From positions 12,338 to 76,337 of the forward strand of contig SYIL01000035.1 of the NCBI GenBank assembly GCA_005798825.1: DNA of 64,000 nucleotides, written 5' to 3'. Positions 1 through 11,191 of this stretch are shown here, piece after piece. The translations under genes and the position numbers were made by a program. Position 1 is the first letter of the stretch. Every line of letters starts with the position of its first letter. The stretch comes from Bacteroidota bacterium (GTDB taxonomy: Bacteria > Bacteroidota > Bacteroidia > NS11-12g > UBA955). Under the pieces are notes generated by a model. That model searched no databases. It saw nothing but the letters and a program-made list of their open reading frames with translations, and was not told the origin of the DNA.

Positions 1-1160
1 AAAGTAGGTTTGGAAAAATCACCAGGCCTCATCTTTTCAACCACAATTTTAACATCCGAGGGGAGCGATTCGAAGAGTGAATTTTGTATGCCTGTAGTTT
101 GATCTACCAAAAATCCACAATTACCTCTATTTCCTACTACTTCTTTACTGGCATATTTTTTGACTGCATCACACCATGTCATGGTTCCATTGGTCAGAAT
201 CTGGTATACACTGTCTACCCTTTGGGAAGCAATCGAATAATCATAACTCGTATTTTCTGGGCGCAATAAGATATGGGCTACCAAGACTCGTTCACCTTTT
301 CGCTTCATCATTTTGATTATATGAAACCCATTTGGGCTTTCAAATACTTGGCTAAGACTGTCTGGCTTTAGTTTAAACGCGACACGTTCAAATGCAGGTG
401 ACATCTCCCCCCTCCCAAACTCAGGCAATATTCCACCATTGCCTTTTGACCCCGGATCCATGCTATAGGTACGTGCCAATTTTTCGAAATTTTCGCCCCT
501 CACTATGCGGTTCCTCAATTCTTCTAATTGCCCTTTTGCAAAGACATTGGCCTCATCTGATATTAAGGGTTCTATGATGCATTGCGCCACCTCAACCTGG
601 GTTTGAATTATGGGTAAACTATCTAAGGGAATGGAATCATAAAAGGCGTTTATTTCGCTGGGACTTATCAGTATATCTGAAGTAATTTTAGATCTCATTT
701 GGTCAACTAAAATTCGTTCTCGAATTTTGGGACGAATCTCTTTTTTGAACTCTCCAATGCTTTTACCCAAATATTTTTCTAGTAAAGCCAAACTACCAGC
801 CTCATTCTGAAAAGAACGAATACGGTTGTCAACATCTCGCTCTACCTCCTCTTCCGTTACGACCAAACTATCAATCTCAGCCTGGTTGATCAATAGCTTC
901 TGAACAATCAGCATTTCCAAAACCTTACAAAACAGTTCTTGGGTGTCTTTTATCACCATTCCTCGAGAAAGTTCAATTTTTTGCGTTTCAAATTCAGATT
1001 GAATAATGATTTTATCGCCAATAATGGCCAAAATCCCATCGACATACTGGAAGGCCGGAGACATATTGCTATTGGTGACTTGTGCACGGAGCATAGCACA
1101 TCCAGAACCAAGGAATGCAACAAAAAAAACAAAGGCCCACTTGAATCTTGAATGATTCAT
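1..1160 (-). CDS. surA: Chaperone SurA-like peptidyl-prolyl cis-trans isomerase, partial (C-terminus lies beyond the window start)
   Basis: The reverse-complement translation from the ATG at 1160-1158 reads MNHSRFKWAFVFFVAFLGSGCA..., an N-terminal signal peptide followed by a SurA-like N-domain, then the parvulin motif ...PNGFHIIKMMK... The frame stays open to position 1. It sits 5 nt downstream of another PPIase gene. Confidence 0.7.
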   Translation of the reverse strand, partial: MNHSRFKWAFVFFVAFLGSGCAMLRAQVTNSNMSPAFQYVDGILAIIGDKIIIQSEFETQKIELSRGMVIKDTQELFCKVLEMLIVQKLLINQAEIDSLVVTEEEVERDVDNRIRSFQNEAGSLALLEKYLGKSIGEFKKEIRPKIRERILVDQMRSKITSDILISPSEINAFYDSIPLDSLPIIQTQVEVAQCIIEPLISDEANVFAKGQLEELRNRIVRGENFEKLARTYSMDPGSKGNGGILPEFGRGEMSPAFERVAFKLKPDSLSQVFESPNGFHIIKMMKRKGERVLVAHILLRPENTSYDYSIASQRVDSVYQILTNGTMTWCDAVKKYASKEVVGNRGNCGFLVDQTTGIQNSLFESLPSDVKIVVEKMRPGDFSKPT

Positions 1161-1165
1161 TTTTC

Positions 1166-3295
1166 TTATTTGGTATTAACCAACCTGTCTTGCAGTGATT
1201 GTAAGACCGATTTGTCAATCGTTATTGTATACTTATTTTTTAAAGATTCAAGCCATTCTTTTTCTAATTGCTCTTGGTATTTAGAGGCAACCGGACCCCG
1301 CGTTTCATCCAACAATTTGGGGCCAGAAGTTGAAAATCCTTTGACCTTCAATACCACAAAATCGTCTGCAATCTGTCCCATAGAATAGATACCGGGTTTT
1401 TTGTATTTGGATTTCGGTGAGGTTGCATCCTCAAAGATTATATTCAAGACCTTAGAGGGTGCGAATAAAAATGTATCGCTGATTTCATATTTTCCCGCTC
1501 TGGATGAAAAATCTAAAACATTTTTCTTGGTATATTGACGCCGTAAACTATCGGCTGAAAGCCCTTTCTTCACGCCTTTAGCCACGGATTTCATCATCTT
1601 GGCATCATTGCAGAAATAGACTTCCACATCAAATCGATTGCCCCAAACATAGGCAGACTGGTGTTCTAAAAAATATTTTTCCAAGCCCACAGAATCGGTA
1701 TTCGCACGATCCCATACCAATTCTTGCATGCGGTTAAACATCAAAATTCCCTCTTTGTATTCTTGGTAAATATCTTTGAATTCTAGCGACTTTTCTTCCA
1801 AGTGAAGATTTTGATATTCTACGCATGATTGATTAATCCAAGCATCGATGATTTTGTTTAAGCCTTCTTTTTTACTTCCTGAAATGGGCTTCGTGTTATT
1901 AGACAATTGTATGCATAAATCGGCGACGGAAAATTGTTCTCCTCCCAAATTAAACACTTCCATTTTTCGCAAATTAAATTTCGTTTTGACTGGTTTCTTA
2001 GCCGATCCAATAACTTGTGTATGTATTTCGGGCAATAGCGTTTCATCAAACTTGCCTTTCATAAAATTACTGTCTAAATAAGAAAGTACCGCATCAACGG
2101 CCATGGCGTTCAGGGTAAATTTATTCTGCTTTTTGATTTTTTCCACCAATGAATCGATGGAAATTTGAGAGCGTTGGTTTTTCTGAACTTCCGTTTTTAA
2201 AAAAGATTTCACTTCATTGTCTTCAAAAGATCCAATGGGCTTTACGGCCATTCTTTGCAATATATGCCACCCGTAATTGGTGCGAAAAGGCACTGTCATT
2301 TCCCCATCTTTTTTCAATCCGAAGGCTTGACCTATCCAATATTGGCGATCCAAATCACCCACAAACTGCGTTACATTCATATAGTCCATCTGTCCACCAT
2401 TGTATCGGCTATTATAGTCTTCACTGTGGGTACGAGCCATATTGTCAAAAGTTTCCTTTCCAGAATTGATACTGGCCGCTATCTCATCAATTTTCTTTTT
2501 GGCTTCAGAATCGGTATTTTCATCTTTGTTCAAAACGCGAATCAGGATATGGTTTACCTTAATATCTCCACGATTTATTTTTTTGTCGGTCACAAACAAT
2601 ATATGATACCCAAAATCTGTTTTGAATACCTCTGAAAATTCACCCACCGGGGTTTTATATGCTTGATTTTCGAATTCATAAACAACCTGAAGGGCAGTTA
2701 AATACCCCAAATCACCCCCGTTATTTTTGGTTCCAACATCTTCCGATTCGGTGCGGGCGATTTCGCCAAAATTTTCGGCTGATGGCTGTCTTACCAACAT
2801 TCTTTGAATGGCTTCTATTTTTTCTAAAGCTTTCTTTTGATCGGCTTCTGGCGCATCGGGAGCCACCAAAACCAAAATATGTGAAACCCGCAATTCAAAT
2901 TTCATGCGATCATAGGCTTCTTGAATGAGTGTTTCTGTAACCGCCCTATCGTATAAATAATTTCGCGCCAATTGGTCTCGGTACATTTGTAATTCCTGAA
3001 CGTAGGCTATTGCAGTATCCAATCCTGCATCTTTAGCATCTTTTACCTTGAGTTTAAACTTAACATACAAATCGAGGTAATTGGTGATGTCTGCTTGGCT
3101 AATGGTATCTTCTTTAAGGTTGATATTTTTTAAAAATTGTCGCTCAAATTCATCGGCATACACTTTTTCTTCGTTGATGCTAAAAACAAAAGGTTTTGCA
3201 ACTTGGGAAGATTCCGTTCGGCTTGTATTCACCTGCGCTAAAAGATTGGATAAAAACAATCCAGATACTAGGGTTGTTACAACTACTATTTTCAT
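1166..3295 (-). CDS. Peptidyl-prolyl cis-trans isomerase, PpiC/parvulin type, SurA/PpiD-like, secreted
   Basis: 709-aa ORF with an N-terminal signal peptide (MKIVVVTTLVSGLFLSNLLAQ). It carries two parvulin-like segments (FGYHILFV, YGWHIL). It is in tandem with the SurA-like gene downstream. Confidence 0.65.
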   Translation of the reverse strand: MKIVVVTTLVSGLFLSNLLAQVNTSRTESSQVAKPFVFSINEEKVYADEFERQFLKNINLKEDTISQADITNYLDLYVKFKLKVKDAKDAGLDTAIAYVQELQMYRDQLARNYLYDRAVTETLIQEAYDRMKFELRVSHILVLVAPDAPEADQKKALEKIEAIQRMLVRQPSAENFGEIARTESEDVGTKNNGGDLGYLTALQVVYEFENQAYKTPVGEFSEVFKTDFGYHILFVTDKKINRGDIKVNHILIRVLNKDENTDSEAKKKIDEIAASINSGKETFDNMARTHSEDYNSRYNGGQMDYMNVTQFVGDLDRQYWIGQAFGLKKDGEMTVPFRTNYGWHILQRMAVKPIGSFEDNEVKSFLKTEVQKNQRSQISIDSLVEKIKKQNKFTLNAMAVDAVLSYLDSNFMKGKFDETLLPEIHTQVIGSAKKPVKTKFNLRKMEVFNLGGEQFSVADLCIQLSNNTKPISGSKKEGLNKIIDAWINQSCVEYQNLHLEEKSLEFKDIYQEYKEGILMFNRMQELVWDRANTDSVGLEKYFLEHQSAYVWGNRFDVEVYFCNDAKMMKSVAKGVKKGLSADSLRRQYTKKNVLDFSSRAGKYEISDTFLFAPSKVLNIIFEDATSPKSKYKKPGIYSMGQIADDFVVLKVKGFSTSGPKLLDETRGPVASKYQEQLEKEWLESLKNKYTITIDKSVLQSLQDRLVNTK

Positions 3296-3320
3296 GATTT
3301 TCTTTGTTGGGTACAGTCTT

Positions 3321-3328
3321 CAAAAATA
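3321..3328 (-). promoter_or_regulatory. Candidate Bacteroidetes sigmaA -7 element (TATTTTTG) upstream of the PPIase gene
   Basis: The sequence caaaaata is the reverse complement of TATTTTTG. It lies 26 nt upstream of the ATG at 3295. Confidence 0.3.
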
Positions 3329-3346
3329 CATACAAATCTCAAGTTT

Positions 3347-4341
3347 TCAATCATCTTGAGAAACCGTTTTCCAGAGCACATCCAATAATTCTGAAATGCC
3401 TTGTTGGGTTACCGCACTAAAAAATACGATGGGTATCCCATCAAGTTGTAGGCGAATTTCATCCTGTAATTCCTCGTCTAGCATATCGCTTTTACTGATG
3501 GCTACAATGCGTTGTTTAATGAGTAATTCAGGGTTAAATTTCTCCAACTCACTCAAGAGGGTTTGGTATTCTTTTCGATGGTCTGCACTGTCTGCAGGCA
3601 ATAAAAATAACAAGGCTGCATTTCGCTCAATATGCCGTAAAAACCGATGCCCCAAACCCTTTCCTTTGCTGGCTCCTTCAATAATTCCAGGAATATCAGC
3701 GACAATAAAACTGCGGTAATCGCGGTAATTTACGACTCCGAGATTGGGGATCAGCGTTGTAAAAGGATAATCGGCAATCTCTGGTTTTGCTGCAGAAATA
3801 ACACTCAATAAGGTACTCTTTCCTACATTGGGAAATCCAACCAATCCCACATCGGCCAATACTTTGAGCTCCAATACAATCCAACGTTCAATTCCTGTTT
3901 CACCGGGTTGGGCATACTGAGGGGCTTGGTTTACACTGTTTGCAAAATGACAATTGCCAAGTCCTCCACGTCCACCGGGAACCAATACCTGTTTTTCTCC
4001 TTCTTCGGTGATTTCAAAAAGCACTTCGCCCGTTTCTGCATCTTTGGCAACAGTGCCCAAAGGTACTTCCAGAACAATAGAATCCCCGTAAGCTCCAGAA
4101 CTTCGATTTTCACTTCCCGCAATGCCATCCGTTGCCAAAACATGTTTGCGATATTTAAGGTGTAATAAGGTCCACAACTGGGTATTGCCCTGAAGAATGA
4201 TATCACCACCCTTACCGCCGTCGCCACCATCCGGACCTCCACGGGGATTAATCTTTGTTCGATTATAATGTCTGCTTCCTGGGCCCCCGCTACCACTTCT
4301 ACAGCAAATCTTTACATAGTCAATAAAATTGCTGTCGGCCA
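3347..4341 (-). CDS. obg: GTPase Obg/CgtA
   Basis: The Obg glycine-rich N-domain is present ([30 protein letters not shown]), followed by G-domain motifs ([15 protein letters not shown]). The ORF track starts at a TTG (4351). The ATG giving [12 protein letters not shown] is at 4341. Confidence 0.85.
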
Positions 4342-4400
4342 TAGACCACAAAGGTCGTTAAAAAACCCCCATCTATCGTATTTTCGCATCCGTAACCTGT

Positions 4401-7004
4401 ATGTCTTCACAATACCAATTCTCGGATATAGAAAAAAAATGGCGATTGGCTTGGGAAAAAAGCGAATTATACAAAACAGAAATTGATCCCAATAAGCCCA
4501 AATACTATATCCTCGATATGTTTCCATACCCCTCTGGAAGTGGTTTACACGTTGGACATCCACTTGGATATATCGCCAGTGACATCGTGGCCCGCTATAA
4601 ACGCTTGAAAGGTTTTAACGTATTGCATCCCATGGGCTATGATGCTTTTGGACTGCCCGCAGAGCAATATGCAATACAAACTGGGCAACACCCTGCCATA
4701 ACTACCGAACAAAATATTAAACGGTTCAGGGAACAACTCAATACAATGGGCTTTTCTTTTGATTGGTCAAGAGAAGTCAAAACTTGCGATCCCAATTATT
4801 ATAAATTTACCCAATGGATATTTTCTTTATTTTTCAATCATTGGTATGATACTCTGGCACAAAAAGCCAGGCCTATTGAGGAACTAGAACAATATTTTTC
4901 TATTCATGGCAGCCACAATAATTCTATTTATGCCGGGCATTTTATAGACTTTTCAGCAGCCCAATGGCGAGAATTTTCACCCCTTCAAAAACACGAAATT
5001 CTAAACCAATGCCGATTGGCCTTTATAGATGAAACCACCGTCAACTGGTGTGAAGCGATGGGTAGCATACTGGCAAATGAAGAAGTTGTAAATGGACTGA
5101 GCGAAAGGGGCGAATATCCAGTGATTCGAAAAAAAATGAAGCAATGGAGCTTGCGAATCACCGCCTATGCTGATCGGCTAATCGAGGGGTTAAATCGAGT
5201 CGAATGGAGCAATGCCATCAAAGAAATTCAACGAAATTGGATCGGAAGAAGCCAAGGTGCAGAAATTGAGTTTGTGGTTCGAGGTACACTCAAAACCTTG
5301 CGCGTTTTCACGACAAGACCCGATACAATATTTGGCGCAACCTTTATCGTAGTAGCTCCAGAGTTGGAAAATCTCACTGAATTTTGCACCGAAAAAAATT
5401 GGCCTTTGGTGTCTGCATACGCAAACAAATCACGCAATCGAAGTGAAATTGAACGAATGGCTGACACCCACAAAACTGGGGTATTTACTGGACTAGAAGC
5501 CATCAATCCTTTTACCGGAGAACCCATTCCAATTTATGTAGGAGAGTATGTGTTGGCAAGTTATGGGACCGGGGTAATTATGGCGGTTCCCGCTCACGAC
5601 GAAAGGGATTTTGCGTTCGCAAAATCCTTTAATCTGCCCATCATCCCAGTTATAAAACCTATGCATTCGGAACCAAATTCGCCCCTCACAGAAGCTTTCT
5701 CTGCAAAAGAAGGAATGTGTTTTAACAGCGGGTTTTTGGATGGCTTATCGGTGGATGATGCCATTGCCTCCGCAACTGCTAAAATTGTAAACGCCGGATG
5801 GGGAAAGAAAACCATACACTATAAACTGCGCGAAGCGGGTTTTGGACGTCAGCGGTATTGGGGAGAGCCGTTTCCTCTTGTATATAATGCCCAAGGGATT
5901 CCCTCGATAATTGAGTCATTGCCTGTAGAATTACCCCCAGTCGAAATCTATAAACCCACAGGGAATGGAAAAAGTCCACTCTCTGCTCTCAGCCAATGGG
6001 TCAATACTCCCATGGGTATTCGGGAAACTGATACAATGCCTGGTTGGGCGGGAAGCAGCTGGTACTTCCTCCGATATACAGACCCAAACAATCCACAAGA
6101 TTTTGCTTCAAAAGAAGCACTACAATATTGGAATCAAGTGGATTTATATGTTGGGGGAAGTGAACATGCAACGGGACACTTACTCTACAGCCGGTTCTGG
6201 ACAAAGTTCTTATTTGATTTGGGTTTTATCACATGGGATGAACCTTTTCAACGCTTGATAAATCAAGGAATGATTCTAGGTGAAGATGGTCAGAAAATGA
6301 GTAAACGTTGGGGAAATGTTGTTAATCCAGATGATGTTTGTGCTGCATACGGGGCGGATGCACTGCGAATGTATGAAATGTTTTTGGGGCCTGTTACCGA
6401 TTCAAAACCCTGGAATACACAAGGTATTGAAGGTATAAGTCGCTTCTTTGGCAAATTTTGGCGACTATTTTACCAAGGTGAAAACTGGGCGGTTACCGAT
6501 GTTCCTGCTACCACAGAAGAATTGAAAATTTTACATAAAACCATTAAAAAAGTAAGCGATGATATCGAAAATTTGAGTTTCAATACCTCAATCTCAGCGT
6601 TTATGGTTGCCGTGAACGAACTTACAGCTCTCCAATCTCGCAAGCGACAAATACTAGAGCCCATGTTGGTATTAATGGCCCCTTTCACCCCATATCTAAG
6701 CGAAGAACTATGGCATCGCTTGGGTAATTCGGGTTTTAGTAATGACAAACGCATAGATTCGATAAGCATACACACCAGCCATTGGCCAATGTATGATTCT
6801 GAATATTTAACTGAAAATTACTTTAACTATCCCATAAGTATCAACGGCAAAACAAGGGCACAAATTCAATTCGATCTCCATGCCACAGAAGGTGAAATTC
6901 AAGCTACCGTATTGAGCCATGCTATGGTTGTTAAATGGATGGAAGGCAAACCCATGAAAAAATTTATACTCGTAAAGGGGCGAATTGTGAATGTAGTTGT
7001 ATAA
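4401..7004 (+). CDS. leuS: Leucyl-tRNA synthetase
   Basis: The class I HIGH motif is present (PYPSGSGLHVGHPLGY). The KMSKS-type motif reads (Q)KMSKRWGN. The N-terminus (MSSQYQFSDIEKKW) and the 867-aa length are typical of LeuS. Confidence 0.9.
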   Translation: MSSQYQFSDIEKKWRLAWEKSELYKTEIDPNKPKYYILDMFPYPSGSGLHVGHPLGYIASDIVARYKRLKGFNVLHPMGYDAFGLPAEQYAIQTGQHPAITTEQNIKRFREQLNTMGFSFDWSREVKTCDPNYYKFTQWIFSLFFNHWYDTLAQKARPIEELEQYFSIHGSHNNSIYAGHFIDFSAAQWREFSPLQKHEILNQCRLAFIDETTVNWCEAMGSILANEEVVNGLSERGEYPVIRKKMKQWSLRITAYADRLIEGLNRVEWSNAIKEIQRNWIGRSQGAEIEFVVRGTLKTLRVFTTRPDTIFGATFIVVAPELENLTEFCTEKNWPLVSAYANKSRNRSEIERMADTHKTGVFTGLEAINPFTGEPIPIYVGEYVLASYGTGVIMAVPAHDERDFAFAKSFNLPIIPVIKPMHSEPNSPLTEAFSAKEGMCFNSGFLDGLSVDDAIASATAKIVNAGWGKKTIHYKLREAGFGRQRYWGEPFPLVYNAQGIPSIIESLPVELPPVEIYKPTGNGKSPLSALSQWVNTPMGIRETDTMPGWAGSSWYFLRYTDPNNPQDFASKEALQYWNQVDLYVGGSEHATGHLLYSRFWTKFLFDLGFITWDEPFQRLINQGMILGEDGQKMSKRWGNVVNPDDVCAAYGADALRMYEMFLGPVTDSKPWNTQGIEGISRFFGKFWRLFYQGENWAVTDVPATTEELKILHKTIKKVSDDIENLSFNTSISAFMVAVNELTALQSRKRQILEPMLVLMAPFTPYLSEELWHRLGNSGFSNDKRIDSISIHTSHWPMYDSEYLTENYFNYPISINGKTRAQIQFDLHATEGEIQATVLSHAMVVKWMEGKPMKKFILVKGRIVNVVV

Positions 7005-7021
7005 TAAACCACATTCCAAGA

Positions 7022-7237
7022 TTACACTCGGGCCACAACGACGGCTTTTTGGCCATCAAATTCTATGCATGCATCCGGAAAAAGTTTGTTGCGTTTTCGG
7101 TATTCAACGATACCATCTACAACAACCAAACCTTGGGCAATGAACTCGTTGGCGATCCCACCATTTTCAGCCCATCCCAATAACTTCAGCGCTTGATTGA
7201 GTTGAATATAGGAAGTATGAATGACAATTTGTTCCAT
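7022..7237 (-). CDS. S4-domain RNA-binding protein (YbcJ/ribosome-associated type)
   Basis: Roughly 72-aa ORF with an S4-like fold signature (ALKLLGWAENGGIANEFIAQGLVVVDG). It is convergent with leuS. Confidence 0.5.
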   Translation of the reverse strand: MEQIVIHTSYIQLNQALKLLGWAENGGIANEFIAQGLVVVDGIVEYRKRNKLFPDACIEFDGQKAVVVARV

Positions 7238-7354
7238 CAATTTGGTCCTTTGGTTTCCAAAATAATTTGCATATAAATGGGGTTATTAAAAATTGTGGGT
7301 GTAGGCGATTTGGTCAAAAAAATAGCCGATTATGAGGCATTGTTGCCATAAAAA

Positions 7355-7702
7355 TTAAATGGCGAAACTTTCTCCACATCCACAAGTGCGAGAAGCATTC
7401 GGATTGATGAAATTAAATCCATTCCCATTTAACCCATCCGAGAAATCAAGTTCTGTTCCACACAAATACAAAAAACTCTTCATGTCACACACGATTTTTA
7501 AACGCTCATCGCCAAAATTCATGTCTCCAGCTTTGATCTCATTGTCAAAATCCAATTCATAGGTGAGGCCAGAACAACCTCCACCCTTTACACCCACACG
7601 CAAGAAATACTCAGGAGAAGAAATATTGGTTTCTCGCATCAAACTGTAGGCTTTTGCCAACGCTTTGTCTGTAATCAGAATCTCATTTCCTTGGGCAATC
7701 AT
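7355..7702 (-). CDS. iscA: Fe-S cluster assembly A-type carrier (IscA/ErpA/HesB family)
   Basis: The C-terminal CGCGESF motif is present, with an upstream Cys in GGGCSG. The gene lies downstream of iscU and iscS. Confidence 0.8.
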   Translation of the reverse strand: MIAQGNEILITDKALAKAYSLMRETNISSPEYFLRVGVKGGGCSGLTYELDFDNEIKAGDMNFGDERLKIVCDMKSFLYLCGTELDFSDGLNGNGFNFINPNASRTCGCGESFAI

Positions 7703-7713
7703 GGTTGTTGTTG

Positions 7714-8130
7714 TTAGTGGTGCGTTTTTTCGCTCACCAAAGGCTCTAAACCGTTCTTTGACCGGTAGTCATTGATGGCAGAACGGATTGCATCTTCAGC
7801 CAATACCGAGCAATGAATTTTTACGGGTGGCAGGGCCAATTCCTCCACAATATCCATATTATCAATGGTAAGAGCCTCATTTATGGACTTTCCCTTGAGC
7901 CATTCGGTAGCCAAAGAAGACGAAGCGATGGCAGATCCGCAGCCAAAGGTTTTAAACTTGGCATCTTGAATAATGCCCGTTTCTTCGTTAACCATGATTT
8001 GCAATCGCATCACATCACCGCACTCGGGTGCACCGACCAATCCTGTACCAACTGATTTCTGAGATTTGTCCAATGTACCAATGTTTCTTGGATTGGTATA
8101 ATGATCGATTACTTTTTCTGAATATGCCAT
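7714..8130 (-). CDS. iscU: Fe-S cluster scaffold protein IscU
   Basis: The IscU motifs GAPECGDVMRLQI, HCSVLAEDAI and FGCGSAIASS are present. The length is 138 aa. Confidence 0.9.
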   Translation of the reverse strand: MAYSEKVIDHYTNPRNIGTLDKSQKSVGTGLVGAPECGDVMRLQIMVNEETGIIQDAKFKTFGCGSAIASSSLATEWLKGKSINEALTIDNMDIVEELALPPVKIHCSVLAEDAIRSAINDYRSKNGLEPLVSEKTHH

Positions 8131-8184
8131 ATTAATTGTAAAACGTATACAAAGTTACAATTTAGAGTAATTCTAAACAATAGG

Positions 8185-9399
8185 TTAATGTTCGGACCAT
8201 TGAATTGACTTTAGATCGATCCCCTCTTTAAACATTTCCCACAGCGGACTCATTTCACGCAGTTTAAATACCGCCTCTTTAACCGTTTTGATGGTAAAAT
8301 CTATTTCCTCTTCGGTGGTAAAACGCCCCAATCCAAAACGCAATGAACTGTGGGCCAATTCATCGTCTAGTCCCAAACTTTTTAACACATAACTCGGTTC
8401 CAAAGAGGCAGAAGTACAAGCAGATCCACTCGAAACGGCAATATCTTTCACACCCATCATCAATCCTTCGCCTTCCACATATTTAAAACTGATATTGGAG
8501 GTGTGGGGCAACCGGTGTTCATTGCTTCCATTGAGATAACTTTCTTCTATGGACAACAAAGCGGCTTCCAAACGATCACGCATTTTTTTCAAGCGCAGGT
8601 ATTCATCGGCCATCTCCAAACGGGCAATTTCACACGCTTTTCCAAAACCTACAATACCCGGAACATTGAGAGTTCCACTGCGCATTCCTCGCTCGTGACC
8701 ACCACCATCCATTTGAGCGGTTACTTTAACACGGGGATTTTTTCGGCGAACATACAAGGCTCCAACACCCTTTGGACCATACATCTTATGGGCCGTAAAA
8801 CTCATTAAATCAATGCCGTCTGCCAACACATCCACTGGAATTTTTCCGACTGCCTGTGTTGCGTCTGAATGAAACAATACGCCATGCTTTTTACACATTG
8901 CCCCAATTTCGGCAATGGGCTGAACCACGCCCAATTCGTTGTTTCCGAACATAATTGAAATTAAAATAGTTGAAGGCTTGATCGCCGCCTCCAGGGTTTT
9001 TAGGGAAATTAATCCGTCTTCCGCTACAGACAAATAACTTATCTCAGCACCAGATTTTTCGAGGTGTTTACACGTGTCCAAAATCGCCTTATGCTCTGTG
9101 GTAAGGGTAATCATATGATTTCCTTTCGAGGAATACATTTCGAATACTCCTTTGATGGCTAGATTATTGCTTTCAGTGGCCCCACTCGTAAAAATAATCT
9201 CTTTTTCATTGGCTCCAATTAAGCCTGCAATTTGACACCGTGCATAATCTACTGCTTCTTCACCAGCCCAACCAAAAGAATGGCTTTTACTGGCAGCATT
9301 ACCATATACTTCTAAAAAGTAAGGTGTCATTGCTTCAAACACCCGAGGATCTACCTGGGTGGTTGAATTATTGTCGAGATAAACAGGCAATTTCAACAT
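8185..9399 (-). CDS. iscS: Cysteine desulfurase IscS (PLP-dependent)
   Basis: The class V aminotransferase and NifS/IscS motifs are present ([33 protein letters not shown], the SSGSACTS catalytic Cys loop). The length is 404 aa. Confidence 0.9.
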   Translation of the reverse strand: MLKLPVYLDNNSTTQVDPRVFEAMTPYFLEVYGNAASKSHSFGWAGEEAVDYARCQIAGLIGANEKEIIFTSGATESNNLAIKGVFEMYSSKGNHMITLTTEHKAILDTCKHLEKSGAEISYLSVAEDGLISLKTLEAAIKPSTILISIMFGNNELGVVQPIAEIGAMCKKHGVLFHSDATQAVGKIPVDVLADGIDLMSFTAHKMYGPKGVGALYVRRKNPRVKVTAQMDGGGHERGMRSGTLNVPGIVGFGKACEIARLEMADEYLRLKKMRDRLEAALLSIEESYLNGSNEHRLPHTSNISFKYVEGEGLMMGVKDIAVSSGSACTSASLEPSYVLKSLGLDDELAHSSLRFGLGRFTTEEEIDFTIKTVKEAVFKLREMSPLWEMFKEGIDLKSIQWSEH

Positions 9400-9509
9400 T
9401 TTTATTTTGGGTTATTTAGATACTTTCTAAACTACAAAATTACGTGATAAAACCCCTGATTGTTTGAATATTTTATCTTTCTGATAAAAGAATGTTCTTT
9501 GTAGTGATT

Positions 9510-9923
9510 ATGGGCATAAAAAAACTTGAACACATCGGAATCGCTGTAGCCAATCTCGAAGCCTCTGAGTTGCTATTTACGCAATTATTGGGCTGTTCTC
9601 CTTACAAACGAGAAATCATTGAAAACGAACACATTACATGCTCTTTTTTTCAAGTAGGAGATATCAAAATTGAACTCATAGCTGCGAGCAACGGCCAAAG
9701 TACAATTGCAAAATATATCGAAAAAAGGGGTGAAGGACTGCACCATTTGGCATTCGAAGTCGAAAATATCAAAGACTCTTTACAAGAAAAACAATCCCAG
9801 GGGTTCGAACCCATCGATGCAGAAGCCAAGCGCGGTGCAGACAATAAATTAATCGCATTTTTACATCCAAAATCAAGCAATGGGGTGCTTGTAGAACTCT
9901 GCCAGGATATTAAATCACAATAG
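9510..9923 (+). CDS. Methylmalonyl-CoA epimerase (glyoxalase/VOC family)
   Basis: MGIKKLEHIGIAVANLE... followed by GEGLHHLAFEV and LHPKSSNGVLVELCQ. The ORF track start (9492) adds 6 aa. The ATG at 9510 gives the canonical N-terminus. Confidence 0.7.
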   Translation: MGIKKLEHIGIAVANLEASELLFTQLLGCSPYKREIIENEHITCSFFQVGDIKIELIAASNGQSTIAKYIEKRGEGLHHLAFEVENIKDSLQEKQSQGFEPIDAEAKRGADNKLIAFLHPKSSNGVLVELCQDIKSQ

Positions 9924-10107
9924 CATTTGCTTTTGAAAACTTTTATTGGCTGGGTTTTGGGTAGTTGATTGGTTTAATCCACAATCACAATAACCGCAAG
10001 GAAACGGCTAATAATGAATCGGCATTTGCCCCCGTTAACAATGGTCTTTGCGTTTTGTCGTCTTGTCAAAATGGAAACAGTCAAGAACCGGCCTGCCCAA
10101 ATTTTTG

Positions 10108-10115
10108 TATCTTTG
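10108..10115 (+). promoter_or_regulatory. Candidate -7 element TATCTTTG upstream of the DHS-like gene
   Basis: The motif matches TAnnTTTG. It lies 7 nt before the ATG at 10123. Confidence 0.3.
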
Positions 10116-10122
10116 AGCCCGT

Positions 10123-11094
10123 ATGAAAGGCCCCATTTCACAATTCATAGAAACGCATTATTTGCATTTTAATTCTGCAGCCCTAATTGATGCTGCCAAA
10201 GGCTATGAAACCCACCTTGTCGAGGGAGGTAAAATGATGATTACCCTTGCGGGTGCAATGAGTACAGCTGAGTTGGGCAAAAGTCTGGCCGAAATGATTC
10301 GACAAGGAAAAGTAGATATTATCTCTTGTACTGGAGCCAATTTGGAGGAAGATATCATGAATCTAGTCGCTCACAAACACTATAAAAGGGTTCCAAATTA
10401 CCGGGATTTAAGTCCACAAGATGAATGGAATTTACTCGAAAATCATTACAACCGCGTAACCGATACCTGTATCCCAGAAGAAGAAGCTTTTCGGCGACTA
10501 CAAAAACACATTCATGGTATATGGAAAGGTGCTCAAGACAAGGGTGAAAGGTATTTTCCCCATGAATATATGTACCAAATTTTACGCAGTGGCGAATTAG
10601 AACAATACTACGAAATTGATCCCAAAGACAGCTGGATGTTGGCGGCTGCAGAGCGCAACCTTCCCATTGTCGTTCCTGGGTGGGAGGACAGCACGATGGG
10701 GAATATATTTGCAAGCTATGTTATCAAAGGTGAATTGCAGGCCTCTACCATAAAGACAGGTATAGAGTATATGGTGTGGTTGGCCGATTGGTATATTAAC
10801 AATAGTGACGGAAAAGGCCTAGGATTTTTTCAAATAGGGGGGGGTATTGCAGGCGATTTCCCAATTTGTGTAGTACCCATGTTATACCAAGATATGGAAA
10901 TGACCAACATCCCTTTTTGGAGTTATTTTTGTCAGATTAGCGATTCTACAACCTCCTATGGCAGCTACAGTGGAGCGGTCCCCAATGAGAAAATTACCTG
11001 GGGTAAACTCGATATTCATACACCGAAATTCATCGTTGAAAGCGACGCCACCATCGTAGTGCCCCTGATTTTTGCATACGTATTGGGCAGGTAA
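10123..11094 (+). CDS. Deoxyhypusine synthase-like family protein
   Basis: Roughly 323-aa protein carrying the DHS-like signature (ITLAGAMSTAELGKS, IISCTGANLEEDI). It contains a G8 homopolymer at about 10837-10844. Confidence 0.55.
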   Translation: MKGPISQFIETHYLHFNSAALIDAAKGYETHLVEGGKMMITLAGAMSTAELGKSLAEMIRQGKVDIISCTGANLEEDIMNLVAHKHYKRVPNYRDLSPQDEWNLLENHYNRVTDTCIPEEEAFRRLQKHIHGIWKGAQDKGERYFPHEYMYQILRSGELEQYYEIDPKDSWMLAAAERNLPIVVPGWEDSTMGNIFASYVIKGELQASTIKTGIEYMVWLADWYINNSDGKGLGFFQIGGGIAGDFPICVVPMLYQDMEMTNIPFWSYFCQISDSTTSYGSYSGAVPNEKITWGKLDIHTPKFIVESDATIVVPLIFAYVLGR

Positions 11095-11191
11095 TACCCT
11101 CCTTGGGTAAAAATTCGGTACTACTCAATTGGATGGATTTCTAAAAAATATTAATCTCTTCAAACAAAATTGGACCGCCTATATTTGCCGA

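Noticed and set aside
9805-9825. tRNA T-arm-like palindrome GGTTCGAACCC
   Set aside because: It lies inside the methylmalonyl-CoA epimerase CDS and codes QGFEP. No flanking acceptor or anticodon stem structure is present. I found no tRNA genes anywhere in the window.
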